Positions 23,640-36,326 of a DNA stretch of 64,000 nt are shown here, one piece after another (the stretch's first letter is position 1; each line of letters starts with the position of its first letter). Position numbers and translations under genes: made by a program. The stretch comes from Octopus sinensis (Eukaryota): NCBI RefSeq assembly GCF_006345805.1, contig NC_042999.1:110546001-110610000 (forward strand), written 5' to 3'. The notes under the pieces were generated by a model. That model worked only from the letters and a program-made list of their open reading frames with translations. It was not told the DNA's origin and made no database searches.

Positions 23640-25900
23640 ATCATTTTCAAAGCAGTTAGATTCTGTGGTAGCTAAGACCTAGCATTACAAGGTCATGAAC
23701 GTGACACAGGAAACTTCGTATATCTCGTAAAAGAACTTGTCAAAGAATGCAGTGCAGAAGTAAGTCACTGGCTTAGACATTGAGATAATTTCCTATCTGA
23801 TACCATACCAAATTAAATCATACAGGTATATGCTCATAACATCCTGCATGATATCAGAAAAAAGTTGAAGATCCCATGTTTATTGGTATTAAATCTGATT
23901 TTTATTAAATCTGGTATTAAATCGGGCATGGAACAAGAACCAATCATTGTCCGTTGTGTTTCTGAAGACCTGGATACCCACAAAGGTTTCATAATCCTCC
24001 TGAATGCTCTTTAGAGACACTAAGGTTATTCTGGAGATTTTTGCCACTTAAACATTTCGCTTGGATCAAAATTATGCTGCTTTTCATTTGATGGTGTTAG
24101 TACCTTCAGCAAAAGCACTTCAGGCATACAAAAGAGATTAAAAGATGTGTTTCCTGTACATATTTTGTACATTGTAGAAACCACTCTCTGCACCTTGTCC
24201 TCCAAGAAGTTGGCTCTACGATTGACATTGTAGTTGCTGCACTTAACTTTGTTCACCAATGTGTCATTGTTCTGAAAGAGTTGCCAAAAAGAAACCAAAC
24301 AGAAACCTCCTTATTTTAACCGTTTAATGCACCAGTTTCCCCCATTGAAACATTAAAAAATATGATGTGTGAAATCAGATGTAATACAAAAAAAAAAAAA
24401 AGGATACGATTGTTTAAAGTCTCATCTGTCTTACTTTTGATGAGGCAAATCAATCAATTATATCTTCAAAATCAGTTTCGTTTGTCTCTTCACTTTCAAT
24501 GCTCAGAAGAGCAAGGCCATGCATGTGACCCTGCAACATTGACGTCCGCAAATAAGATAGGATTAACTTCAGTTTGCTGGACGATTGTTTGCAGCTTGCA
24601 ACTGATACAGCTATTGTGACAGTATCTGAAGGCCAATGCACAAATTCGGAAAAATGATGTTATCTCTACATTGAACAATGAATTCCAGGAGATTTTCTGG
24701 TCTCGTAATTGCAGATTTTGTTCGAGTAGACAGCCTTCATATAACGTTTACCTTAAATAACAACATAAAATGATAAGCTGGAGATCCATCTTTATAATTG
24801 CAATTTTATAAATGAAGTTCAAGCTTATCATATTATGGTCAATTCTGCACCACCCCACAATTCAATCAGCACCCAGGGCACATGCACCCCCTTGCTACTA
24901 GTTACATTACTGCTGCTGACACAATCTGGGAAAGCTTCTAGTTTGTTCAGTATAAGGGTGGCTGAGAATGTATTTGAATCTGGGGCATGTAACTTACAGC
25001 GTCCAGGCACAATAGCCAGTGACTGCTTGGAGCTGACCGAGAAATTGAAGAACTCTTTTTCAAAAATGAGAAATAATAAAATGTTTAGAAGCTATTTCAA
25101 CGAAATATCTTTCTGCCGACTTTCTGCCTAACACTTTTTGTTCCAAGAATACACTCTGAGCTTCAGATATACAAGAAGGTGTTCTCTCTGCCATTGATGA
25201 TGGGCATCAGCAATTTTTCAGCATCACTGATGTCTTCGAAAATTAATTGAATCCCTGCTTTCAGCAAAAGGGAATGTGCATATGCTCTGAGCGAGAGGAT
25301 TTGCAGTTGTCAGCAGTCAGCTGCAGGATGTTTGAGCTTGCAAATGCATTCCTGGTTTTTTCATTTTACTTGCCTACACTGTCATCACAAATCAAACTCC
25401 TTACTGGCCTGTGGATGAAAAAAAAAGCTTTGCCCAAGTAACTGCATGACATTGTTGAAAATGGAGAGCTTCCAATGCTGTCATTCCTTCTAGCAAGTGT
25501 TGATGCTAATGCAGGTTATTCTGTCTCGTATATATGGAAAAGTGCTTCAAATTATGCTAAAAAATTTTCCACTCTCATTTTGGCAATAAAACTTTTCATG
25601 AATATGTGCAAAGCATTCTTCTTGCACAAGTCTTTGTGCACATGCATTATGGTACAGTGTATTAGACAGTGCTGCTTCATCGTGGAAAAGAGTCAGGTCT
25701 TCAAGCAGAAAAGTGTGCTGAACATTCTCTTGATTGATGCAAAGACAGAATAAGCCACAAGCGAAAGAACGTTCAGTGCAATTTGCTGTTCAAAAACCTG
25801 GCTCTGTACCACAATGAAGCAGCACCGTTTAACACACTGTGCCATAATGCATGTGCATCAAAACTTGTGCAAGAAAAACGCTTTGCACATGTTCAAGGAA
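23640..25900 (+). pseudogene. Decayed hAT-family transposase
   Basis: Fragments GMEQEPIIVRCVSED, FSFDGVS and YFVHCRNHSLHLVLQE (CxxH), plus the C-terminal dimerisation motif ATSERTFSAICCSKTWLCTTMKQHRLTHCAIMHVHQ at 25754-25861. Many stops and frameshifts. Ends not defined. Confidence 0.7.
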
Positions 25901-25967
25901 AGTTTCATTGCCAAAACAATCAAGCATAGAAAATTTTTTAAAAATTTGAAGCACTTTTACATATGTA

Positions 25968-27121
25968 CAAGAATAGGCTGAAAAGTTCACATGCTTACAA
26001 TGAAGGAGAGATGCAAGAGCTGTGGAATCTTGCTTGCAGTAATTTTAAGACTTCTTATTAATAACTGCATTAATTCTTTCTGGGTAAACTGACATCTGAT
26101 TATTTAGAGAAACTTTAAATGTAGCTGAAAACAATTTCTTTTGAAAATCGGCAAAATCTGCAGAAAAAGGGTTTAGCTCTCAAGGACATTCATGCTGACA
26201 TGGTATACATTAGGGGATGACACTCCAGCTTTATCAACAGTGTAAAAGTGGCAGCTGAATTTAGCAGGAGAAGAGAGAGAGTCTTGAGAAGATCCATGAT
26301 GCTGGATGACAGGCGATTGACTATAAAGCAAATAGTCAATGTTATTAGCATATCTTGTGAGAGAGTGGAGAATATTTTGCACAATGAACTTAGCTTGATG
26401 AAGGTTTCTGCTTGGTGGGTGCCATGCCTTCTAACACTTGATCAAAAGCACACCAGGCTGATCACATTATGGGAATATCTGACATTGTTTGAGGCAGGTT
26501 CAACTGGTTTCCTTGAATGTTTACTAACCTTGGTTATGTGTTGGCTTCATCACTTTGAACCAGAAGCAAAGAGGCAATCCATGCAGTAGAAACACTTCTC
26601 TTCACCTGCTCCAAAGAAGGCAATGTTGTTTCATCCACAGGGAAAGTGACGGCCTCAGTTTTGTGGAATGTAAAAGGCACTGTGTTTATTGATCCTCTTC
26701 AAAACAATCATACCATCAATGGAGAGTTCTATGCCAACTTGCTAAGACAGTTACGAAAGGCTATCAAGACCAAACACCCCAAAAAACTGATGAAGGAGCC
26801 CTTGTTTCATTAGGACAAAGCTTCAACACACAAGTCCTTGGTTTCAATAGCTGCTGTGCATAACTGGTTTATCACCCTCCCTATTTTAGTGATTTGTTTT
26901 CATCTGACTATCATTTGTTTCCAAGCATGAAAAAACAGCAGTATTTGCTGTTGGCGATTTTTTTGACCAACAGGATAGGTTCTTCACCAGTGTGATCCAA
27001 GCACTGCAACACTGATGGAACTATGTGAACAGTAAGAGAAACTATGTTAAAAATGAACTTCATTTGGTCATGTTCCATGAGAATGTCTTGGTCAGCCTGT
27101 GAACATTTCAGCCAACCTTCA
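25968..27121 (+). mobile_element. Mariner transposon, decayed
   Basis: Degenerate TIRs (..GGCTGAAAAGTTCACA / TGTGAACATTTCAGCC..), TA flanks, WWVP, HHFEPEAKRQS and SDYHLFP motifs. Confidence 0.85.
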
Positions 27122-28339
27122 TAATAATTGTGAAAATTATTACTATACCTGCATTTGTACCAATTTGAACATTGGAAAAATCCAATTTTTTCGTAAAACA
27201 TTTTGGACCCAAGTTTGCACCCCCTAAGCAAATTTCATTCCCAGGCCACTGGCACAAAACTTTCTCTTTATGTTGAAAACATGGATTATGTGAAAGGTAC
27301 TTTAAGGGTACCTTGATGGTAAATGCATGCGGTTACTTATGAGGCTTTAAAACGTCTCATGACATGAGCACAAAAGCAAGAAGGAGATTTATATATTGAT
27401 ACACTTCACCCATCTCTACCATTATTGCTCAGTTCAGAGCTGGTTTTGTTGGCCACTGCTCTCATACTGAACAACAGGCTCAGCACTGGATTAAATATAA
27501 AGCAAAATATGTACATGCTTAGGGTATTAAGGGAAGTGGGTACTACAGAAATAGTAAATAGTTTATGGCACAAAAGAAATCACTTCATATTTGCTAAAAT
27601 AATTTTCAGGATGTCTTATCTCATGTAAGTATAGAAGCAAATGAGTTATGTAAGATTAATTTGGAGGATCTGATCAAAGACTGTGCAATTAAAACAAGTA
27701 GGAGAAATCTTTTCAAATATAAATAAAGATGAAGTATATAAAAATAAACATCATTTTCCATCTTACTGTTAGGTTTGTTTCATTTTAAAACAGTGCAAAA
27801 CATTATATTTTGTTTTTTTATTGTTTATAGTTTAAATTACATATATATGGATTGGGGCACCAAGATCTTTTATTAAGTGCTTAAGATTTTTTACCTATCT
27901 TTATCCAGCCCTAGATTCTTGCATTCTAAAAAAAGGACAAAAACCACTCAACTACATTGATGTTATTAACCGAAACACTTGACGTGAAATTGAGGACCTA
28001 CCAAAGATACTCGAGGCCAAAATTCCTATCCAGGTGTTGGGAAGAGAATTTCAGTTATGGCTACTCATAGAAGAACTATTTAAAATCTTCCTCACCTCTG
28101 AGTCATCATGCACTCCCTATTTTTAAAGACCCTCATGAGCTGTTTAGTGAGAGGTATCACATGATTTGATTGATCGGTTGATTGCAAACCCATCTTACTG
28201 TAAGTTTGAATAAATAATTTGTTCTAAATCATTGAGCATTTAGTGAAGGGGATTTAGCTCTTACATTTGATATATCAAACAATATAGGCTGTCTTTAGGA
28301 AAGGGGTACAAAAGACAACAGAAAAAATTGGGTAGAGGG

Positions 28340-28730
28340 AGATCACGGTCAAGATCAAGGTGATGATGATGATAGTTTTAATGGTGATGGTTGTGGTGAT
28401 ATTAATGCTGATGAATGAAGTGATGTTGATGATGATGTTAATACTGATGGTTGTTGTGGCAGCTTTGTTGGTATGATGGTGTTAATGCTGTTGGTGAAGG
28501 TGGTGTTAATGCCAATAATTGTCATGACAATGGTGGTGGCAGTAGTAATTATACAAATGGTAGTGATGATGATGATGATGGTGCTGAAGTTGATGGTAGA
28601 GGTAGTAGTGGTGATGATGATTATAGTTGTGGTGTTGGTAGCAGCGGTAATGGTTGTGACATAGATGGTTGTATTGCTGCTGCTGAGAATGATGATGACA
28701 ATGGTAGTAGTGGGGAAGATTGTTTGAGGT
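28340..28730. repeat. GAT/GGT-rich low-complexity tract
   Basis: Degenerate trinucleotide repeat with no domain signal. Confidence 0.8.
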
Positions 28731-29435
28731 AGTATTAGAAACATTTCTTCGTTGGCAGCTTCTAATGACTGTAATACTAATGATGAAGGTTCTCTTTAAT
28801 ATTGTTGTCATTGTTATTCTGGTAGTGATAGATAAGGAGTTATGGTGGGAGGGATACCTTTGCTGCTACTGCTGCTGTTGCTGCTGTTCAGACAAGTAGT
28901 AATAAAGTTATAATGCTTTGTAAACTTTTCAGAGAGTTTTTTTTCATGTCAATGCTGATAGTTGTCTAGCAATTTAGTGAAAATCTCAAGGGTTGCTTTG
29001 ACATTTCCCCTGTTTATTTCTAATAAGGAAGAACAAAAGCAGGCTACAATACAGTTTTCTGCTTTACATTTATAGAGGAATTACTAGCACAGGAGAAAAT
29101 CACATCTTTGCATCACGATAGAAAGATGACTTTGCTATAGATATAAGTTGTCAAATGAAAGAAATTATTTTTTTCTTTTCTATGGAAAGAGGGAATTTAG
29201 TAAAAAAAAATTTTAATTTGTGAAATACTACACAGTCAAGAAAGGTAAAATCTTGCTCTTTGGAAGTGATGCAATGTATAAGTGAATAAATAAAGATCTG
29301 TGCATATGTGCATGTGCTCATTTAAATAAATATATATAAAAGATATATATATATATATATATTATACATGTATGTAATATTTATATATGCATGTATATAA
29401 TATATACATATATATATAAATATACATAAGTATGT

Positions 29436-29468
<33 letters not shown>

Positions 29469-29471
29469 CAT

Positions 29472-29503
<32 letters not shown>

Positions 29504-30068
29504 TTTTACACATGAGCATGCATATCTAGGTGAATGTCTTTTTGATTAAAGTTTTGCATGAAGTGGCCCTTCTCCATCCTACACCTACACGTTACTAAAT
29601 GCAAAATATAAAAAATAATGAAGATCATAAAGAAGCAATAATAATAATAAAAAATATAAAAAATAGCTAACAAGTTAGATGCAAAAATAAAATAAAAATC
29701 AAAAAACAAAAATGGTAATAGTTCCCTTTGAACTTAAAACATGTCTGGTTAAAAAGCATCAGCAAAGGAAACAAAAGATTTACAAGTTCTAATTTCACTT
29801 TGATTCAATGAAATTTTATTTTTATCCATTTGGACTCCAGAGTGCTAGTTGGTTTTTGGTTTTGGTTTTCTGTGGCGGTAAACAACAGCAAAACAAATAA
29901 ATGAATTAAAAAAAAACTATTTAAAAAAATAATTAAATAAAAAAATAGAAATGAAATAATAAAATAGAAAACATCATAAGCACCAACATAAACAGCAGCA
30001 TTAGCTGCTACGATAAGAGGGACACTTGCAAAATTGCAGCATAAGATAAAAACAACAATACAATCCAA

Positions 30069-31948
30069 CATCATCATCATCATTTAGCGTCCATTTTCCA
30101 TGCTAGCATGGGTTGGACGGTTCTACTGGGGTCTGTGAAGCCAGAAGGCTTCATCAGGCCCAGTCAAATCTGGCAGTGTTTCTACGGCTGGATGCCCTTC
30201 CTAACGCCAACCACTCCGTGAGTGTAGTAGGTGCTTTTTATGTGCCACCCGCACTGGTGCCAGACAGAGCTGGCAAACGGCCACGAACGGATGGTGCTTT
30301 TTATGTGCCACCGGCACGAGGGCCAGGCGAGGCTGGCAATGGACACGAAACGGGGCGGTGCTGGCAACGGTCGCGAAACGGAAAGTTCTCTTACATGCCA
30401 CCGGCACTGGTAACACATCTGCAATTTCCATTGATCGATTTCCATTGATCGATTTCGATTCTGATCCTCACTTGCCTCAACACGTCTTCACAAGTAGAGT
30501 TTTGTGTCCCAAGAAGGGAAGGTATGCATACGTAGGCTGGCTCCATCCCATGTAGAAGGCCACGGGTTGTGGACTCACTTGTCCTGCCGGGTCTTCTCGC
30601 GCACAGCACACTTCCAGAGGTCCCTGTCTCTAGTCATTTCCTCAGTGAGACCTAAAGTTCGAAGGTCGTGCTTCACCACCTCGTCCCAGGTTTTCCTGGG
30701 TCTGCCTCTTCCACAGGTTCCCTCAACCGCTAGGGTGTGGCACTTTTTCACACAACTATCTTCATCCATTCTCGCCACATGACCATACCAGCGCAAACGT
30801 CTCTCTTGCACACCACAACTGATGCTTCTTAGGTCCAGCTTTTCTCTCAAGGTACTTACACTCTGCCGAGTGTGAGTACCGGCATTACACATCCATCGGA
30901 GCATACTGGCTTCATTTCTAGCGAGCTTACGCATATCCTCAGCAGTCACGGCCCATGTTTCACTGCCATGTAGCATGGCTGTTCGTACACACGCATCATA
31001 CAGTCTGCCTTTCACTCTGTGCGAGAGGCCTTTTGTCACCAGCAGAGGTAAGAGCTCTCTGAACTTTGCCCAAGCTATTCTTACTCTAGCAGTTACACTT
31101 TCAGCACACCCGCCCCCGCTGCTGACTTGGTCACCTAGGTAATGGAAACTATCAACTATTTCTAGTTTTTCTCCCTGGAAAGTGACGGGAGTTGGTCTCA
31201 GAGCATTTTCAGTGTTTATTGTTCCTGAGCATCTGCCACATACAAAAACCATCTTCCTAGTTAGCCTTCCTTTGACATTGCTGCATCTCTTATGTGTCCA
31301 TAGCTTACACTTGGTGCATCTTATAGAGTTTCTACCTACACCTTTTCTACAGATCGAGCAGGGCCATCTACCTGAAGGTGTTTGTGATTTGTCTACCTTC
31401 CTACTGATTACGACTTTGGTTTTAGCTAGATTGACTCTGAGGCCCTTTGATTCTAATCCTTGTTTCCACACCTGAAACTTCTCCTCCAGTTCTGATAGCG
31501 ACTCAGCAATTAGAGCAAGGTCATCAGCATAGAGGAGCTCCCAAGGGCATCCTGTCTTGAATTCCTCCGTTATTGCCTGGAGGACTATGATAAATAGGAG
31601 GGGGCTGAGTACTGAGCCTTGGTGGACCCCTACCTCTACCCAGAATTCTTCACTGTACTCATTTCCAACCCTCACCCTACTAGCGGCGTCCATATACATG
31701 GCCCGCACAGCTCTCACTAACCATTCATCTATCCCTAGTTTTCTCATTGCCCACCAGATAAGGGATCGGGGGACCTTGTCGAAGGCTTTCTCCATGTCAA
31801 CAAAAGCCAGGTACAGGGGCTTATCTTTGGCTAGGTATTTCTCCTGCAGCTGCCTTACCAGGAATATAGCATCAGTAGTACTTTTCCCTGGCACAAACCC
31901 AAACTGCATCTCATCTAAACTAACTCTCTCTCTAATTAGTTGGGCTAT
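30069..31948 (-). mobile_element. RTE-type LINE, 5'-truncated, young
   Basis: Uninterrupted RT frame 31948-30575, a ~500-nt 3' UTR and a (GAT)n tail ending at 30069. Confidence 0.95.
30575..31948 (-). CDS. RTE reverse transcriptase (partial) with an inserted C4HC3 PHD-type zinc finger
   Basis: QFGFVPGKST, FVDMEKAFD, GVHQGSVLSPLLF, LLYADD, KTK...[CSIC-x10-CTKC-x4-HKRC-x14-CGRC]...SFHYLG, RWYGHVARM, GRPRKTW. The first ~30 residues of the listed ORF come from flank sequence. Confidence 0.9.
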   Translation of the reverse strand: MAQLIRERVSLDEMQFGFVPGKSTTDAIFLVRQLQEKYLAKDKPLYLAFVDMEKAFDKVPRSLIWWAMRKLGIDEWLVRAVRAMYMDAASRVRVGNEYSEEFWVEVGVHQGSVLSPLLFIIVLQAITEEFKTGCPWELLYADDLALIAESLSELEEKFQVWKQGLESKGLRVNLAKTKVVISRKVDKSQTPSGRWPCSICRKGVGRNSIRCTKCKLWTHKRCSNVKGRLTRKMVFVCGRCSGTINTENALRPTPVTFQGEKLEIVDSFHYLGDQVSSGGGCAESVTARVRIAWAKFRELLPLLVTKGLSHRVKGRLYDACVRTAMLHGSETWAVTAEDMRKLARNEASMLRWMCNAGTHTRQSVSTLREKLDLRSISCGVQERRLRWYGHVARMDEDSCVKKCHTLAVEGTCGRGRPRKTWDEVVKHDLRTLGLTEEMTRDRDLWKCAVREKTRQDK

Positions 31949-32039
31949 AAAACATAAATAAAATAAAATAAAGCAAACAACAAAAACTACACACACACAC
32001 AGAAGTATATAAAAAATATATGAAAAATTCCTTGTCATA

Positions 32040-32580
32040 GTGCCGCCACCAAAAAGTTTTTAAAATGCAGCCATACATACACACATTCAGACATACATGA
32101 ATACATATACATTCAAACACACATGCATACACACAATTAAATGCACACACACACATGCATGTGCACACACACATACATGCATACATACATATTCACATAC
32201 GTACATGCATACTCATATATATGCATGTGTGCATATATGCATACTTGTATACCTACACACATGAGTACATACATACATGCATACATAGATGTGTACATTC
32301 ATATGTACATACACACATACATGCATACATGTATACATGCATACATACATACACTCATGCATAATACACATATACATGCATATGCGCACATGTCCATACT
32401 TGTATACATACACACATACATGCATACATACACCCATACATGGATACATACACACATACAAGCATACATACACACATACATACATACACACACATACATA
32501 CATACATACATACATACATACATAGATACATACATACATACATACATACATACGTACATACATACGTACATATTATACAT
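32040..32580. repeat. (ACAT)n/(CA)n degenerate microsatellite
   Basis: Direct reading. Confidence 0.9.
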
Positions 32581-32925
32581 GCATATAAACAAACAGAATC
32601 ATCTAGTAATTGAGGTATGATTGTAATTTAGTAAACAATTTTAATCCTGTTTACTAAATACACAAAAATGTGACTAATTGCTTTCTTTATGGAGCAGTTA
32701 CATATTGTCTGTACTAGCATGCTTGAAGGAAAGTTCTGTTTTCCTGAATAAAGCATTAACAATACAAACTGATAACTATAATTCCAATGACAAAATACAT
32801 GTTTTATGCTTACAATGCCCTAAGTTGTGTACGCTATATTTTTATATTCAAATTCATTCTTAATTTCTAGCTTTCTGCTATTAATGAACCAATGAATTAT
32901 GTTTCTGTATGTATATATGAATGTC

Positions 32926-32973
<48 letters not shown>

Positions 32974-32989
32974 TATGTGTATGTGTGCA

Positions 32990-33200
32990 TATTCTTTTAT
33001 TCTTGTACTTGTTTCAGTCATTTGACTGTGGCCATGCTGGAGCACCACCTTGAAGGGTTTTAGTTGAAGAAATTGAACCCAGGACTTATTTTCTGTAAAC
33101 CTAGTACTTATTCTATCAGTCTCTTTTGCTAGATGTAAACACACCAACATCAGTTGTCAAGTGATGGTGTGTGTGTGGGGGACAAACACAGGCACAAAGA
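32990..33200 (-). mobile_element. SINE family B 3' fragment
   Basis: TACTTGTTTCAGTCATTTGACTGTGGCCATGCTGGAGCACC matches 61165 onward. Confidence 0.75.
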
Positions 33201-33267
33201 CAGATGTATTTAAATATATACACTTATATATATATGTGTGCGTGAGTGTGTGTGTGTGTGTGCGCAC

Positions 33268-33305
<38 letters not shown>

Positions 33306-34153
33306 CTCTTTTGGTGAATGGTGAATCTTGAAGCAAATAAATCTATAAAGAATAGCAATTAAATATTGGGTTAAAAACCCTAAGGAAACATGTCTTGGTA
33401 TGAAAATATATCACCTCAATAGAAACAAATTGTTGTTGACTTAGGACCTATCCAACCTACAACTAATCAGCTTTACAATGATTGGCTTGCCAGCTCCAGG
33501 TAGCAATAATAAATAGTCCAGTTGAAATCTAATGGGCTTAATTTCTTAGAAATTAACATGTCTATGTATGATGTCAGCTAACTAACGCTTTCTCCCAGTT
33601 TGGTTATTGATCACCACTGTGTTGGATGACTGTCCTATTGAGGTAACCTCATATTTGTTTATGAGACAACTGCTTGAGGCACTGAAAGTTTTGACTAATG
33701 CCAGTATAATACAGAATGCTGTGTGTGACTTTTACCTGAGAATGTACATTAAGAATGTAAAAATATTAAAACAAAGCTATGTAGGCTTATAGGCTGACTT
33801 ATGACCAAATAGACTTACAACCAGTCAGTTGGAACCAACTGTGATCATAAGTCAATGACGACATGTATACTAAATAAAATATAAAATTTCAAGGACCTTT
33901 TAGTCTTGATGACATGAGATGATATTTTCCAAGTGCCATGAGAAAAGTACTGAGTATATTCTGTTGAGTGGTTGATGTTAGAAAGGGTGTGCAGTTGTAG
34001 AAACCATGCCAAAAATGAAATATGATGGAGGGAGATGCAGTTCTTCTGACCTGTCAAGGTGGGCTATACTCCACAAATATGTGTTGACTATAATTGTGGT
34101 GACTCATCCAACTCAGGCTAGCAGGTAAAACAAACATCTATGTTGAGGAGCTG

Positions 34154-34206
<53 letters not shown>

Positions 34207-34259
34207 ATATGTATATGTACATAGATATATGTATATGTACATATATATATGTATATATA

Positions 34260-35363
34260 TTGGGTTGGCAACTAAATTCCTGCCGTTTTTTAAAATTTTG
34301 GAATCTATTTTTTTCTAGTTAATTTTAGTTAATTTTTGTTTATTTTCAGATCATTAAAATGGACTGTCAAGTTAAGAAAAACGAACATTTTTGACACCTC
34401 CTTCTTTTTGCTTTTAATCAAGGCTCTAAGGCCATAAAAGTTGCTGTGTATGGAGAGGGTGCCATACCTGAAAGAACCACTCATGATTGATATGCCAACT
34501 TCAAAAATTTTGACCTCAAAGACACACTTCATTCTGGCCATCCAGTTGAGTTCAATGAAGAGCGATTAAACCAACTTTTGTCAAACGACAAGAGAACTGG
34601 CAGAGAAAATGGAAGGCTCCTACACTGCTATAGAGAAGTATCTTCACTCGATGGGAAAGGTTCAGAAGTATGGAGCATAGGCTTCACATGCTTTAAGTGA
34701 CAACAACAAAAATCAATGAGCCACAATCTCTGCTAGTTTGCTTGCTCATCACCACTCAACTCATGGACATGAGCAACGATTTCTCTACTGAAACATTATT
34801 GGCGAGGAAAAATAGTGCCTGTACATCAATATGAGGCAATGTAAGGAATGGCTTAGCCTTGGTAAACAAATGACTCTGTGTGTGAGACAAGATCTTCATC
34901 TACATAAAACGATGTTGTGCGTATGGTGGGACTGGAATGGGATTATCCATTACAAATTGCTTGAACAGAACCAAATGGTCAACTCTATGTTCAACAGATG
35001 GAATGACTCAACATGGCTATTCAAGAGAAACGGCCTAATCGTCAGCATGGAGTTCTTCTGCTGCACGACAACGTCCACCCTCATATCGCCAATATGACCA
35101 AGGAAGGCATTCAAATGTATGGCTGGTAAGTGCATGGAGTTTCGTTCAATACTGATGAAGAATTGAGAGCTTGGTTGGATCAATTTTTCGAGTCGAAATC
35201 AGGGGATTTCTACCAACGAGGTTTTGAAAATCTTGTTTAACATTGGGGAGAAGTTGTAAGCAACAAGGGTGAATACATTATTGATTAATTAGCTGTTATT
35301 TTTTATTAAATATTTTAAAAAAATTTAAATAAAAAAACGGCAGGAAGTTAGTTGTCAACCTAA
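34260..35363 (+). mobile_element. Mariner transposon, decayed
   Basis: TIRs TTGGGTTGGCAACTAA.TTCCTGCCGTTTT at both ends, TA flanks, LHKTMLCVWWDWNGIIHY and LLHDN motifs. Confidence 0.9.
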
Positions 35364-35532
35364 TATATATTATATATATATATATAACTTATAAATAAGG
35401 GCAAACGAAAAAATTTTCTAATGCCAAATATGCCGAAATTGAACATATTGTCCATAACCATATAATTTTTCACAATACGCACGCTACTCGAAAAAGGTCG
35501 ACAGAAATTTATAAAAAATTCCATTATTACCA

Positions 35533-35585
35533 TATCGGACCGATTTCAAGGTTAGTTCGTAAGAACCCTCCCTTCGTCAGTGATA
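35533..35585 (-). ncRNA. Minimal type-I hammerhead ribozyme
   Basis: TATCA-CTGACGA-AGGG..GGTTC/GAACT..CCTT-GAAA-TCGGTC-CGATA. There is one A-C mismatch at the base of stem I. Confidence 0.7.
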
Positions 35586-36012
35586 AATGTGGCAAAGAAA
35601 TAAATGAGATACTTACTCATACCCATGGAAGAAGCAAAACACTAAGTCATGAGCACAATTAAGTACCCCAAATACATCCAAAATAGAAATACTCCAGCCC
35701 ATTCAAGACACGTGCGATTTGAACTGAGGCTCTCACAGAGTGAGTGTGTCCGAAAGTGAACACTAATTAAATTTATATTTAATGTAGGATAACATGTTTT
35801 CCAAAAATTTTTTATCAATGGCCAGCATATTAAAAAATACCTTTAAAGGTTAAAATTATAATCAAGTTATAAATAAGGGCAAACGAAAAAATTTTCTAAT
35901 GCCAAATATGCTGAAATTGGACATATTGTCCATAACCATATAATTTTTCATAATACGCACGCTACTCGAAAAAAGGTTGACAGAAGTTTATTAAAAAGTT
36001 CCATTATTACCA

Positions 36013-36065
36013 TATCGGACCGATTTCAGTGTTAGTTCGTAAGAACCCTCCCTTCGTCAGTGATA
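36013..36065 (-). ncRNA. Minimal type-I hammerhead ribozyme
   Basis: As above, but the stem II 3' strand is CACT (one G-A mismatch). Confidence 0.65.
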
Positions 36066-36240
36066 AATTGTGAAAAATTATATGGTCATGGACAATACGT
36101 CCAATTTCGGCATATTTGGCATTAGAAAATTTTTTCATTTGCCCTTATTTATAAGTTGTTTATAATTTTAACCTTTAAAGGTATTTTTTAATATGCTGGC
36201 CATTGATAAAAATATTTTTCGAAAGAATTTTATCCTACAT

Positions 36241-36319
<79 letters not shown>

Positions 36320-36326
36320 ATATATA

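Larger units (their letters stand above)
35385..36242 (-). mobile_element. Tandem ~480-nt non-coding repeat with two hammerheads and a 5' inverted partial unit (retrozyme-like)
   Basis: Direct repeat with a period of 478-480 (35389 vs 35867, 35574 vs 36054). 36070-36242 is the reverse complement of ~35780-35955. Confidence 0.8.

Noticed and set aside
28355-28811. Overlapping ORFs of 63-129 aa
   Set aside because: They come from a degenerate GAT/GGT repeat, are open in several frames on both strands, and lack splice or domain support.
30225-30410. CRISPR-like repeat/spacer appearance (also the 14-mer array at 10542-11223)
   Set aside because: The context is eukaryotic with no cas genes. The spacers are related to each other or are SINE copies.
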